Below, one piece after another: positions 1-9,595 of a stretch of 64,000 nt of DNA (position 1 is its first letter; each line of letters opens with the position of its first letter). The DNA lies in the NCBI GenBank assembly GCA_020184695.1, contig JAANOX010000243.1:711772-775771 (forward strand), in the 5' to 3' direction. The notes under the pieces were generated by a model, which ran no database searches, had not been told where the DNA came from, and saw only the letters and a list, made by a program, of their open reading frames with translations. The DNA comes from Histomonas meleagridis 2922-C6/04-290x (lineage: Eukaryota; Protista; Parabasalia). The position numbers and the translations under genes were made by a program.

Positions 1-2
1 TA

Positions 3-125
3 TCGTTAGCATTTCCTTCATTAATCGCAGCTTTGGATGAGGCCTTCACATCCCAAATAGATAATTTGACTTTACCATTTGTAATGATCCCTTGGATTTG
101 TTTTTGCTCTGTGTTCATTCATTAA
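3..125 (+). CDS. DOLK: C-terminal end of dolichol kinase (gene truncated by window start)
   Basis: Frame from nt 3 reads SLAFPSLIAALDEAFTSQIDNLTLPFVMIPWICFCSVFIH*. EAFTSQIDNL-LP matches the C-terminal motif of Sec59/DOLK dolichol kinases. Confidence 0.7.
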   Translation, partial: SLAFPSLIAALDEAFTSQIDNLTLPFVMIPWICFCSVFIH

Positions 126-272
126 TAAAAGCATATTGTAAAGTATTTAAATAATTAAATATTTGGCAAAATATAAAATCTGTTTATTTTGACAACAAAA
201 TTTGCCACATGAAAATATTTTTCCAACGTAATTTAAATAAACACACTTTTTTGTTTACATGAAAGATAAACA

Positions 273-1061
273 CTATTTTAAGTCTCCAATTTCTTGGCTT
301 TTCTGTTCGTATATCATAACAAACTCAAGCATTTTTTCAACTTCTAATTTTATCTCTTCTTTTTTCTTGTTTTCTGTCGTGACTTTAATTAATTTCTGCG
401 TTTTCGCTAGTGTTTCCAAAAGGAATTTGCACCTGTTTAAGATTTCTTTATGTTTGTTTTTGAGTGAAATGTATTTTTCCCTTGGCTCAGAATTATCAAG
501 AACTGAAATGAGCTTTTTTGTGGCGTCAATTAGGAAACTTGGCTTTTCTTTTACATCTTGAATATCTTGAAATAAGGAATGATAAGGTGAAGTGATTTGA
601 AGAAATGCATCGAATGCTTTATCCCATTTACTATTTGAGTTAGCTTCACCAAGTTTGGCTGAAAGATCAGATATTGTTGCTTCACATTTTGATAATTCAG
701 ATTTATAAAATTCTTTTCTTTGAGAAATTTGATGAGTTTGTCGTCTCAAAGAAGCAATTAAATCTGAGTTTTCTGATGAATTAGAATTATTTGGTGAAGA
801 ATTTGCGCTTTTAATGATTCGATTTTCTAAACGTAATTGCGAAACGCGTTGAAGCAACTCCTCATATTGGCTTTTAAGAGAAGCATATTCGGATGTAGAT
901 TTTTGGAGAGCAATTGATTTTTGTTGTAATTCATTTTTATATCCTTCATTTATTTCAATAAGTGATTTATTTTCTTTTTCCAATTGTTTTATTCTCATTA
1001 TAAGCAAGTTTTGGCCTGACTTTGGAAAGTCATTAAGGAAAGAAAGGTCATCCAAGCTCAT
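273..1061 (-). CDS. Coiled-coil hypothetical protein
   Basis: ORF 273..1103; first true ATG at 1061 (MSLDDLSFL). Heptad-rich K/E/L/Q composition. Confidence 0.7.
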   Translation of the reverse strand: MSLDDLSFLNDFPKSGQNLLIMRIKQLEKENKSLIEINEGYKNELQQKSIALQKSTSEYASLKSQYEELLQRVSQLRLENRIIKSANSSPNNSNSSENSDLIASLRRQTHQISQRKEFYKSELSKCEATISDLSAKLGEANSNSKWDKAFDAFLQITSPYHSLFQDIQDVKEKPSFLIDATKKLISVLDNSEPREKYISLKNKHKEILNRCKFLLETLAKTQKLIKVTTENKKKEEIKLEVEKMLEFVMIYEQKSQEIGDLK

Positions 1062-1110
1062 TTGCAGTTCAATTGTTAAACGGACAAATATAAACGGCTT
1101 CAAATGTTTA

Positions 1111-1791
1111 TTAACAAATTGTGCAAACTTCTTTTCTGGATGAATGTGTAGAATCGTTTTCTTTTTTTGTTGATTTCATATATAAATCATCCAAGCTTAA
1201 ATCGGGTTCAGTTACTTTTACCTTGTTCTGGAGGTACTTTTCTTCGATGATTCTTATAAGCTTTTTGAATGGTTTTTGTACACCTGTACAAGTCATTGCT
1301 GATGTTTCAAAAAATGGTAAACCTTCATTGATGATAATTCTTTTTGCTTCATTTGGAGATATTTGGAAATGTCCATTTTGGAAAAGATCAATTTTGCTGA
1401 TACAAACAACAATGGGTATGTCTGTGCCTTCATTTTTTAGATATATTTCTTCACACAATTTATGAAGATCATAAAATGTACTTTCTTGAGAACAGTCGCA
1501 TACGATTATAATTCCATGAAAATTGTACACTTTTATAAAATTTTCAGATTGTTTAAGATCTTCATATTCATAAATATGTATTTCATACTCTAATCCATCA
1601 ACAATTTTATTGCATTCCCAATGTTGTAAAAGAGTAGCAGTTGTGTTTGGATTAAAATGGCCATAGACATAGCTTTCGACAAGTGCTGTAATTCCAGCGC
1701 TGTGTTCAGAACTACAAACAAGAATTCGAATTTGGAGATTTATTTGTTTTTTATCATTACCCGTTTTGTCAATTTTTTGTAAACCATTCAC
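1111..1791 (-). CDS. Highly divergent Ras/Rab-family small GTPase-like protein with C-terminal CaaX (CTIC); start codon uncertain
   Basis: Ras-fold order of elements: ILVCSSEHSAGITAL (G1-like), HGIIIVCD, SKID (G4), FFETSAM (G5), CTIC*. The ORF starts at GTG; an ATG at 1787 is one base out of frame. Confidence 0.8.
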   Translation of the reverse strand: MNGLQKIDKTGNDKKQINLQIRILVCSSEHSAGITALVESYVYGHFNPNTTATLLQHWECNKIVDGLEYEIHIYEYEDLKQSENFIKVYNFHGIIIVCDCSQESTFYDLHKLCEEIYLKNEGTDIPIVVCISKIDLFQNGHFQISPNEAKRIIINEGLPFFETSAMTCTGVQKPFKKLIRIIEEKYLQNKVKVTEPDLSLDDLYMKSTKKENDSTHSSRKEVCTIC

Positions 1792-1794
1792 ACA

Positions 1795-1817
1795 AAACGG
1801 TTTCTCAGGAACCGTTT
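1795..1817. promoter_or_regulatory. Inverted pair of M3-like (AACGGTT/AACCGTT) elements in a ~45-bp bidirectional promoter
   Basis: aaacggtt-tctcagg-aaccgttt is an 8-bp perfect inverted repeat between divergent starts (~1787/1791 and 1832). It matches the trichomonad Myb-bound M3 core-promoter consensus. Confidence 0.55.
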
Positions 1818-1831
1818 AATCCAATTAGCCA

Positions 1832-2515
1832 ATGCAAAGTTGTGCTGTGAAGACAATGCAAGAAGCAGACCGCCGTGCAATTCATGAACTTGGAATTCCA
1901 GGCTCTGTTCTTATGTATAATGCCGGTAAAACTGTTGCAGACTTCATTTTCCAAAAGTATCCAACCATTAAAAATGTCGGAATATTGGCAGGGAAAGGAA
2001 ATAATGCTGGTGATGGGTTTGTGATTGCTCATATACTCTCACTTAAAGGAATTAATGTCAGAATAATTGCATTGGCTCAACCAGACGTTTATGTTGGTGA
2101 TGCTTTAATATACCTTAACCTTTGTCTCAAAGAAAAGATTGACATTAGATTTCCAAAGGAAACCGATGAAATGGTTTTACTTACACAAAATCTTACTGAT
2201 TGTGAATTACTTATCGACAGTCTCCTTGGTACAGGAACACGTGGACAAGTAAGAGAACCATTTGCTTCCGTTATAAAGGCTATACCAACCAGCATTCCAA
2301 TGATTGCTGTTGATCTTCCATCTGGCATGAACGGTGATACTGGTGAAATTTGCGGTGTTTGTGTGCATGCCACTCATACCATCACTTTTGCAGCCGCCAA
2401 GAAAGGATTAATCGGGAAAGAAGAACTTACAGGTGAATTAATTGTGACTGACATTGGAATGCCCCCAATTTGTTTAGATGATGAAAAATGGAATAAATTC
2501 ATTAAAGGTCAATAA
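1832..2515 (+). CDS. NAXE: NAD(P)H-hydrate epimerase (YjeF_N domain)
   Basis: Motifs LMYNAG, GKGNNAGDGFVIA, LLIDSLLGTG, AVDLPSG, TITFAAAKKGL. Confidence 0.9.
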   Translation: MQSCAVKTMQEADRRAIHELGIPGSVLMYNAGKTVADFIFQKYPTIKNVGILAGKGNNAGDGFVIAHILSLKGINVRIIALAQPDVYVGDALIYLNLCLKEKIDIRFPKETDEMVLLTQNLTDCELLIDSLLGTGTRGQVREPFASVIKAIPTSIPMIAVDLPSGMNGDTGEICGVCVHATHTITFAAAKKGLIGKEELTGELIVTDIGMPPICLDDEKWNKFIKGQ

Positions 2516-2868
2516 AAATGATTTTTTTTAAAGTATATTGTATTTTCCAGTTGGCTGTTATTTCGAATTGCCCCAACTTAAGCAATTTTTCCTTCTTGAT
2601 ATACTAAAATTTGATGATCAAGTCTATTAAGATGTTTAAAGTATTTTTGCCATTTCATTAGTGAATAACAAGCTTATGTAAAATAAATTGCCCTTTTGAT
2701 CGGTTTTGATTGAAATCGTTTCCAAAAAGTCGAATGTCACTTTAACCTATTTGCTTATTGATAAGTCCATAAACAAATGAAAAAGATTAGCCATATAATT
2801 CACATATTAGTAATTTTACTGAGTACAACGCAATATGTAGCAGATGGTTATAAACAAAAAGGTATTCA

Positions 2869-3225
2869 CTAAACATCATCAAAAGTAAATTTGCTAGATA
2901 AAAAGTCCCACTTTGGTGAATCTTGGTGGAATGAAGATGAAAGATCAATTTCTTGATCAGTAAGATTAATTGAAGGACTTGGAGCTGTTGTTTGTTTGCA
3001 ATTGGGTTGACTTTGAAATGCACTGTTTGTTGGGGGAATTGAGACATTCACGGTAGTTCCTGATAAGGATAATTTTTTGTTTCTGTTTGCTCTCTTCTTT
3101 GGAGATCTCTTTCCATTTTCAAGGGGCTTACCATTTAGCATGATATCTGACCCTTTTGTGGATGTGTATGTGTGACCTTGTGTCGCAAACCTTAAAAATA
3201 ATATTCTTCGTTTTTTGGGAGGCAT
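2869..3225 (-). CDS. Hypothetical basic/Ser-rich protein (possibly truncated)
   Basis: ATG at 3225 (MPPKKRR) downstream of a TCACTT Inr-like motif. No recognisable domain. Confidence 0.35.
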   Translation of the reverse strand: MPPKKRRILFLRFATQGHTYTSTKGSDIMLNGKPLENGKRSPKKRANRNKKLSLSGTTVNVSIPPTNSAFQSQPNCKQTTAPSPSINLTDQEIDLSSSFHQDSPKWDFLSSKFTFDDV

Positions 3226-3880
3226 CCAAGGTCTGTCTTTTAACAAGTGAACTGACAAAACATATTAACGATAGCTCAAAATCAACCGATGCAATTAACA
3301 TGAACAACAAAATAATATTTCAAAAAGTTGAATCATTATGAACTATCAAAATTGACTCAAAATCTATGCGGTTTTAACACAATACCAAATTTTTTCTCAA
3401 AAAGTTTCAAATTTCGGCAAATGACATGTCATCGATGTTCAAATTTTTTGTTTCACATTTTTTATTGAAGATCGAAAAAAGAATTCCTCTTCAGAGCAAT
3501 CGCTTAACACATTTCTATAGTAATGTACCTCACGTCTATATTAATTAATGCTTCTCATTTTCTTCATGTGCATCAATGTTCATTAATAAAGTCACATAAT
3601 TCCATTCATTAATGATAGTAATGAAAATACAATAAGTTTTTAAAAATACTCATATTTTGGTGAGACCTTACTATGATATCGAAAAATCAATTTAAATATT
3701 AAGAAATAAATTTGAACTTAAACATTCAACAAAAAATATCCAATCTTTGGATGTCTTTATACATCAAATTTTATGTAAAATAAATCAAATTAATGCTGGA
3801 AAATTACGTTGCAGTAGAAGCTATAAACGGTCTCCTCTGAATTTGGTGATTTTGGCCGTGGTCATATATAAAATCTTCAA

Positions 3881-5881
3881 ATGATCCATCATAGGAGCAC
3901 GCTAAAGCAAAAGAATAAGCCACATAAGTCAGGGCATAAAAAACAAAGTGATTTTAAAATGGTAAAAAATCTAGTTCCTGGACCATTGATCAAACCAGAG
4001 AAAGGCCAAAAAGGTCGTCGTTTTCAAGCAAAAGATGCGCAGCGTCAAAACAAGATCAATGCTGCAAAATTATCTAAATTTGTTGGTTCTAAAAATGGGC
4101 CACCAAAAGTTGTAGGAATTCTTCCATGTAGTGAAAATGCAGATCCAATCCAATTATTAAATATTCTTAACTTCCAACCAGAAGCACCAGATCAAATGTT
4201 TCCATCTGGTATATTAGTAGGTGGACAATTCCAATGTAAAATTGCACCATTACCAATTGCGCGCTCAATTGATTTTTTGATAGATGTTGGCAAGGTTTCA
4301 GACATAATTGTATTAATGTTTATGAAAGATGAGCCACTTGATGAGTGGGGTTCAATGGCCATCAGTATCTTGAAATCAATTGGATTACCTCAAATAATAG
4401 TTACTGTTTGTTCCCCAACAGGCCAACCAATTCCTCATGCAGATATTGTCAACTATCGTAACTATATTCAACAAGGTCTTCCAGATGTTGAACGAATTCT
4501 TCCAATTGTTACTGTGGACGATGTTGCCCAATTTGTGCGATTTCTTTCCGTCACAACACCAGTCGAAATTTCCTGGAAAATGAACAGGCCCAATATGCTC
4601 ATTCAGAAGTTAACAATTTTAGATGATGGAAACATATCAATCGAAGGTTACCTAAGAGGAGCTCCTCTTGATGTCCATCAGATCGTAACAATACCATATG
4701 TTGGTGACTTTCAAATTAAAGAAGCAAATGGCATTATTCCAAATGATCAGTTACGTCACCCAATGATTTATCAAGCTTCTGAAGGCGATCCAGTGATCAC
4801 AGAAGAGATCCATCCCCCACAGACAGTTGGGTTTAATCAGAACATCGAAGTAATTCAAAACGATTTTGCAAATATGAATCTCGAAGGAAACGAATATATA
4901 CAAAACGAAGTATATGACCTTGCAGAAGATGAACGTGAAGCAATTCCGACAGAAGAAGGAGTCTTCATGCGAAATCCTGAAGATTATCAATTCCCAGATG
5001 AATTTGATTATGATGGAACAGTTATATTAAATCAACGATTAAGAAGATACAGAGGTCTTAAGTCGTTCCAAAACTCACCATGGGATCCATATGAATCACT
5101 TCCACCACAGTATGCACAAATATACGAATTTTCGAACTTTAATCGGGCATCTGAAAATGCTGTTGCAGATCAACAGAAAGGAGATATACCAATTGGTTCA
5201 TATGTTAACATCATATTGATTTCCAATGGAGATAATGAAATATTTGAACGAATTCCACCAGAAAGGATCATTGCTATGTATGGATTATTTAGAAATGAAA
5301 CGCGACTTACTGTCATTAATGCGTCCATTAAAAACAATTCTGGTGTACCGATTCGATCGAAAGAAACATTATTAATAATATGTGGCTTTAGGAATTTATG
5401 GATTCGTCCATTGTTTAGTGAAGATACACGAGCTGATAAACATTTGTTCATTCGAGTGCTTGGTAGCGGTGAATCAGCAGTCGCATCATTCATTGCGCCA
5501 GCTTACATGCAGGGGTGCCCCGTGACGTATTTCAAAGAAATTGACGGAATGATGTGCTTTGTAGGAACGGGATCAATTAAGACTGTTGATACAAACAGAA
5601 TGATAATTAAGAGAATAACATTAACTGGAAACCCTTATAGAACAATGGGAAGAACAGCTAGAGTCACTCTGATGTTCTTTAATAAGGATGACGTACTTTG
5701 GTTTAGAAATATCGACTTGGAAACAAAGAATAAAAGAAGAGGACACATCGTGGAGCCAATTGGATTAAAGGGACATTTTAAGGCTGAATTCGAACAGATA
5801 ACATCGCCAGATGATACCGTTTGTATGCACTTATATAAGAGAGTGTTTCCAAAGATGAAAACTGACCCTGTTTCTTTCTAA
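3881..5881 (+). CDS. TSR1: Pre-rRNA processing protein TSR1 (AARP2CN + 40S biogenesis C-terminal domain)
   Basis: N-terminal KQKNKPHKSGH; RLRRYRGLKSFQNSPWDPYESLPPQYAQIYEF; C-terminal GHIVEPIGLKGHFKAEF...DTVCMHLYKRVFPK. Confidence 0.9.
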   Translation: MIHHRSTLKQKNKPHKSGHKKQSDFKMVKNLVPGPLIKPEKGQKGRRFQAKDAQRQNKINAAKLSKFVGSKNGPPKVVGILPCSENADPIQLLNILNFQPEAPDQMFPSGILVGGQFQCKIAPLPIARSIDFLIDVGKVSDIIVLMFMKDEPLDEWGSMAISILKSIGLPQIIVTVCSPTGQPIPHADIVNYRNYIQQGLPDVERILPIVTVDDVAQFVRFLSVTTPVEISWKMNRPNMLIQKLTILDDGNISIEGYLRGAPLDVHQIVTIPYVGDFQIKEANGIIPNDQLRHPMIYQASEGDPVITEEIHPPQTVGFNQNIEVIQNDFANMNLEGNEYIQNEVYDLAEDEREAIPTEEGVFMRNPEDYQFPDEFDYDGTVILNQRLRRYRGLKSFQNSPWDPYESLPPQYAQIYEFSNFNRASENAVADQQKGDIPIGSYVNIILISNGDNEIFERIPPERIIAMYGLFRNETRLTVINASIKNNSGVPIRSKETLLIICGFRNLWIRPLFSEDTRADKHLFIRVLGSGESAVASFIAPAYMQGCPVTYFKEIDGMMCFVGTGSIKTVDTNRMIIKRITLTGNPYRTMGRTARVTLMFFNKDDVLWFRNIDLETKNKRRGHIVEPIGLKGHFKAEFEQITSPDDTVCMHLYKRVFPKMKTDPVSF

Positions 5882-6446
5882 TAAATAAATCTAATAAAAT
5901 GGTATATTATATAGGTTTTTTACGATAATGTTTGTAATTAAATTGACCTCTGTTTTTGTTGAGTTAAAACTGCCAATGTTTATGAATAACGGGAACTATA
6001 ATTTGTTTTGTGATATAATAACTAAAAAGAAATTTCTTGTTGTTGATTATTTGTATTAATGTAAAATTGCGTAATAATAAATATAAAAGTTGTGGAAACT
6101 TGAAAAATCAGAACGTCCAAATGATGATGTAAATGTGCTTGCTATTATATTGTTTGATAATTAGATGAATATGATGCAAAACCTCCATTTTTCAATATGA
6201 TATATCAGGACTTTCAAGATGACTCATCAGAACTTTAGTTGGATGCTTTACCAAAACTTTCACTAATATATGAATTTAAATACTCAATGAAATCAAATAT
6301 CCTATTGATTAATATCAAAATCCATTTCCTCTAAAATCAAATTATCTTCAGCATAATTGAAAGCAGACCATTATGAAAACAAAAAATAAAAATTGGATTA
6401 GTCATTTATAATGATGAAAATTCGACTTAAAACATTTAAATACTTT

Positions 6447-7244
6447 TTACTCAGCATTTACAGGTGCTTCAGGAAGTTCTTTAACAGGTGGGGCACTTTC
6501 TGTTTCAGCTTCTTTATTTGCAGACGCATCCTTTTTGTCGTTGTACTTTTTGTACGCGTTCTGCAGCGTGCGCAAAGATTTAACAAATGTAAATTCGTGG
6601 ACTGTGAAACATTGCGAGAAAATAAGTTGGCACGCATCCCTCCGCCATTGGTCCATCTTCTTCTTTGATGGGGTTGCTCCTAATTTTTCTGTTTCAAGTC
6701 GAACTTTTTCATCAATACATTGACCTATCGCATCAATCATTTCTGGTGCTAATGCTATTTTTTGATCTTTAGCTTTGGAATTGCCCGAGGCTATCTTGTC
6801 AAGAAGAGCTTCGATTGGTGCTAAGGTAACAAGTTTGATCTTCTCAATAAATGGAGATAATCGTTCTGTTATATCATCATCACCGCCTTGTCCTGCCTTA
6901 GATTCATCTGGCCTCGATTTTGAGGGTGTTGGCTTATTGGATTGAGCTTGGTTAGTGGAAGGGTATGATAAAACAACACGAAATGCAGAAGGATCAAGTG
7001 TGTGAGCTTGAGAATTAAGATTAATAATCTCACTATCATCAATAAACCCATCACCTTCATCGTAGGCTGTGTCGATTTTCCCCATTTTTGATTGAACTTT
7101 TTGTAATACCAAAGATACTTTAGATGATTCTGCTTCATCTCCATCATAAATATATCCGGCGTCTGCAAGAATTGAACAAGCATCTACTATCTCGCCTGGT
7201 TTCGCGCTAAATTGTATGGAAATAAGATCCTTCTTCTCGCTCAT
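6447..7244 (-). CDS. HUN-domain (HPC2/ubinuclein-like) protein, putative HIRA histone-chaperone subunit
   Basis: YDEGDGFIDDSEI matches the YDxxDxFIDDSE Hpc2-related domain motif; basic/acidic low-complexity tail. Confidence 0.6.
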   Translation of the reverse strand: MSEKKDLISIQFSAKPGEIVDACSILADAGYIYDGDEAESSKVSLVLQKVQSKMGKIDTAYDEGDGFIDDSEIINLNSQAHTLDPSAFRVVLSYPSTNQAQSNKPTPSKSRPDESKAGQGGDDDITERLSPFIEKIKLVTLAPIEALLDKIASGNSKAKDQKIALAPEMIDAIGQCIDEKVRLETEKLGATPSKKKMDQWRRDACQLIFSQCFTVHEFTFVKSLRTLQNAYKKYNDKKDASANKEAETESAPPVKELPEAPVNAE

Positions 7245-7477
7245 TCAGAATTCAAACAAACTTTCACAATTCCATTTTAAACAACGAAAGCTTTCGTTAA
7301 AAGTCATGGTTATAGACATAATGATAGATATCGATATATTCATGGTTTAGAAATGGGCTCGACCATCGCCTCAAAAAGTTGCTATCATTATTTGTTATTA
7401 ATAACAAAACAAAAATAATTTCGAGATTTTATTCAAAAATATTTTTTTACATTATATAATTGTAATAATAAAAGAAT

Positions 7478-7945
7478 TTAAATCAGACCTATAAATACAA
7501 GAGTAAGTACAAGAGAAGAATATGCGATGATATACATCACAAAGAATGCAATGGATTTCTTATGATATTTTTTGCAGGTTTCTTCAGTAAATCTCAAACC
7601 CTGTGTTTGGTTTATTTCTTGACATTTCACTGGTGTTGAATAAGCATAGCAAGAAACATCAGAATAAAAATTTATTAATGCTATCAGAAACAAAATGATT
7701 AAAGAAAGATAAGCGATATAATTATTGGCATATATTTTGTTATTACCCGTTAATACAATCAACACTCCATAAAAAACAAAAACAATTGGTGTCGACCATG
7801 AAATGGTTGTCATAACATATAGAATATTGAAGTTGTGACTAAGACGATCTGAATATGTTGAATGGTCATGCCGAAGTTTGCTCCATTCCATTCCAGATAA
7901 AACAGCAAATCCAATACAACTAACAATTGAACAGATAAAATACAA
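7478..7945 (-). CDS. Small four-transmembrane protein, unknown function
   Basis: 155-aa ORF with four hydrophobic segments and a Cys-containing loop between TM3 and TM4. Confidence 0.6.
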   Translation of the reverse strand: MYFICSIVSCIGFAVLSGMEWSKLRHDHSTYSDRLSHNFNILYVMTTISWSTPIVFVFYGVLIVLTGNNKIYANNYIAYLSLIILFLIALINFYSDVSCYAYSTPVKCQEINQTQGLRFTEETCKKYHKKSIAFFVMYIIAYSSLVLTLVFIGLI

Positions 7946-8576
7946 GCTAAGAAATATATAGCATTATATTTCATGAAATATAAAATCCCTGAGATTCGTG
8001 GTAAGGTTGGGAAGGACATTCAAGGAAGTGATTTTTAGGGAAAATTTGCGTCAGGCATTTAAACGGTCAAAAATATCCGCAATTGTGTTGGATAAAAACC
8101 GTGAACTGAGCTTCAGGCATTTGAATTTGTTGTTTAAAATGCAAAATTCTAAAACAAAATGATTATAGTAGCTTCTCCTTAAGCTGACGAAATTTTCAGA
8201 CTCCCAAAAAATTCGTAAAATAAACTTAGTCAAACTCCTCAGCAGATAAGTTCAGAAAATTGAGATAAAAGTACATGATTTGTTGTAAACTTGTGAAAAT
8301 GCAACCGTTAAAATTTGAAAGCGTTCGTTTTGTTGGGTTTTGCTGAGTTTGTGCGTCCCTCTTTTTCTTATGCCTGTAAATGGGCTTGTCATACCAAATA
8401 ATCTCAAATATTGATCCATTTCAATCCCAATAACATGTTAACCGTTGGAAAATATTGGTTTAAATTATTTTATGTTGAAATGATATTTTTGTAATGTTAA
8501 CAAATTTTGAATATGCTTTCAAATTTCACTGAAAACCTCTGCCAGCGGAAAAAACAATCCTCTTTCACATCATCCA

Positions 8577-9323
8577 ATGGAAATCTCAACCAAAAGGAAG
8601 TGTTTGAACGTATTAGACATTCCAAATCTAATTGTTGCAGCTGTTTCTGTAGTTCTTTTTATTATTCTTTACTTATCTCTTAAAATGCAGCCTTTGTATG
8701 TTCCACCACATGATTCTCTTTCAATGTTTCCACACCCTGGAACAAACCGTGTACCAGAGTGGCTCCTTGGTATAATTATTACAATTGTTGCCATTGTTCT
8801 TGTGGTTGGATCCATAATTTTACACAAATTTTTCCCACAACACTTTGCGGAATTCAGAATCTTTTCCCTTATTTGGGTCTTTGTTATCTGTTTTCTAAAC
8901 ACTCTTTCAGCTACCGAAATTCTCAAGAGATATGCTGGCCGTCCTCGTCCTGATGTTTATGCTGTCTGTGGGAACAACACACAATACGAAGACTGCACAA
9001 ATATTGACAAAAGTACACAAGATGATCAATTCAAATCATGGCCATCTGGCCACTCTTCGACTTCAATGTCTGCTTTTTACTTTTTAGCATGTTTTGTTCA
9101 AGAGGTATGTAAGAGTGGTCGTGGGATAGCAGCCTTTGTAGGTTTTGTAATTCTTCTTATTCCATTGATTGTTGGTGCGACAAGAATTCGTGATTATAGA
9201 CATCACACTGATGATGTCCTTGCTGGACTTTTCATTGGATATATCGTAACTGCATTTGTCTGGAGGAAAACCAAACGTGATGTTTTCCCTGATGAAGATG
9301 AAGAAGATCCTAATTCTCCTTAA
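8577..9323 (+). CDS. PAP2-family lipid phosphate phosphatase
   Basis: Catalytic motifs KRYAGRPRP, PSGH and TRIRDYRHHTDDVLAG; six hydrophobic segments. Confidence 0.9.
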   Translation: MEISTKRKCLNVLDIPNLIVAAVSVVLFIILYLSLKMQPLYVPPHDSLSMFPHPGTNRVPEWLLGIIITIVAIVLVVGSIILHKFFPQHFAEFRIFSLIWVFVICFLNTLSATEILKRYAGRPRPDVYAVCGNNTQYEDCTNIDKSTQDDQFKSWPSGHSSTSMSAFYFLACFVQEVCKSGRGIAAFVGFVILLIPLIVGATRIRDYRHHTDDVLAGLFIGYIVTAFVWRKTKRDVFPDEDEEDPNSP

Positions 9324-9595
9324 TTAAACAATTTCTTTCTTTGTAATTAAAAAGTCAAATCAACATAATTTAACCTAGATTTAACAATTCTGAATAATCA
9401 AGCCAAAGTAAAAAACCATGAATTCATGTTTATTCTATTTGAAAAATTGGAGAATCTACCTAAAGATTTGCAAATTACAATAATAAAATATTATTATTTA
9501 TACGAATCTTTTTGCTTGAAGAAGCTCAAAAATTTGCATTTGAACTTTACATGAAAAGTGATTTTATCGGTTATGTCACTTTTGGATGATAAAAA

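Noticed and set aside
3430-3650. Possible decayed ankyrin fragment on the minus strand (GTLL*KCVKRLL*RG)
   Set aside because: Similarity too weak, with multiple stops.
5950-6400. Possible decayed kinase fragment (…SERPNDDVNVLAIILFD…KPPF)
   Set aside because: Too short and stop-ridden to support without a search.
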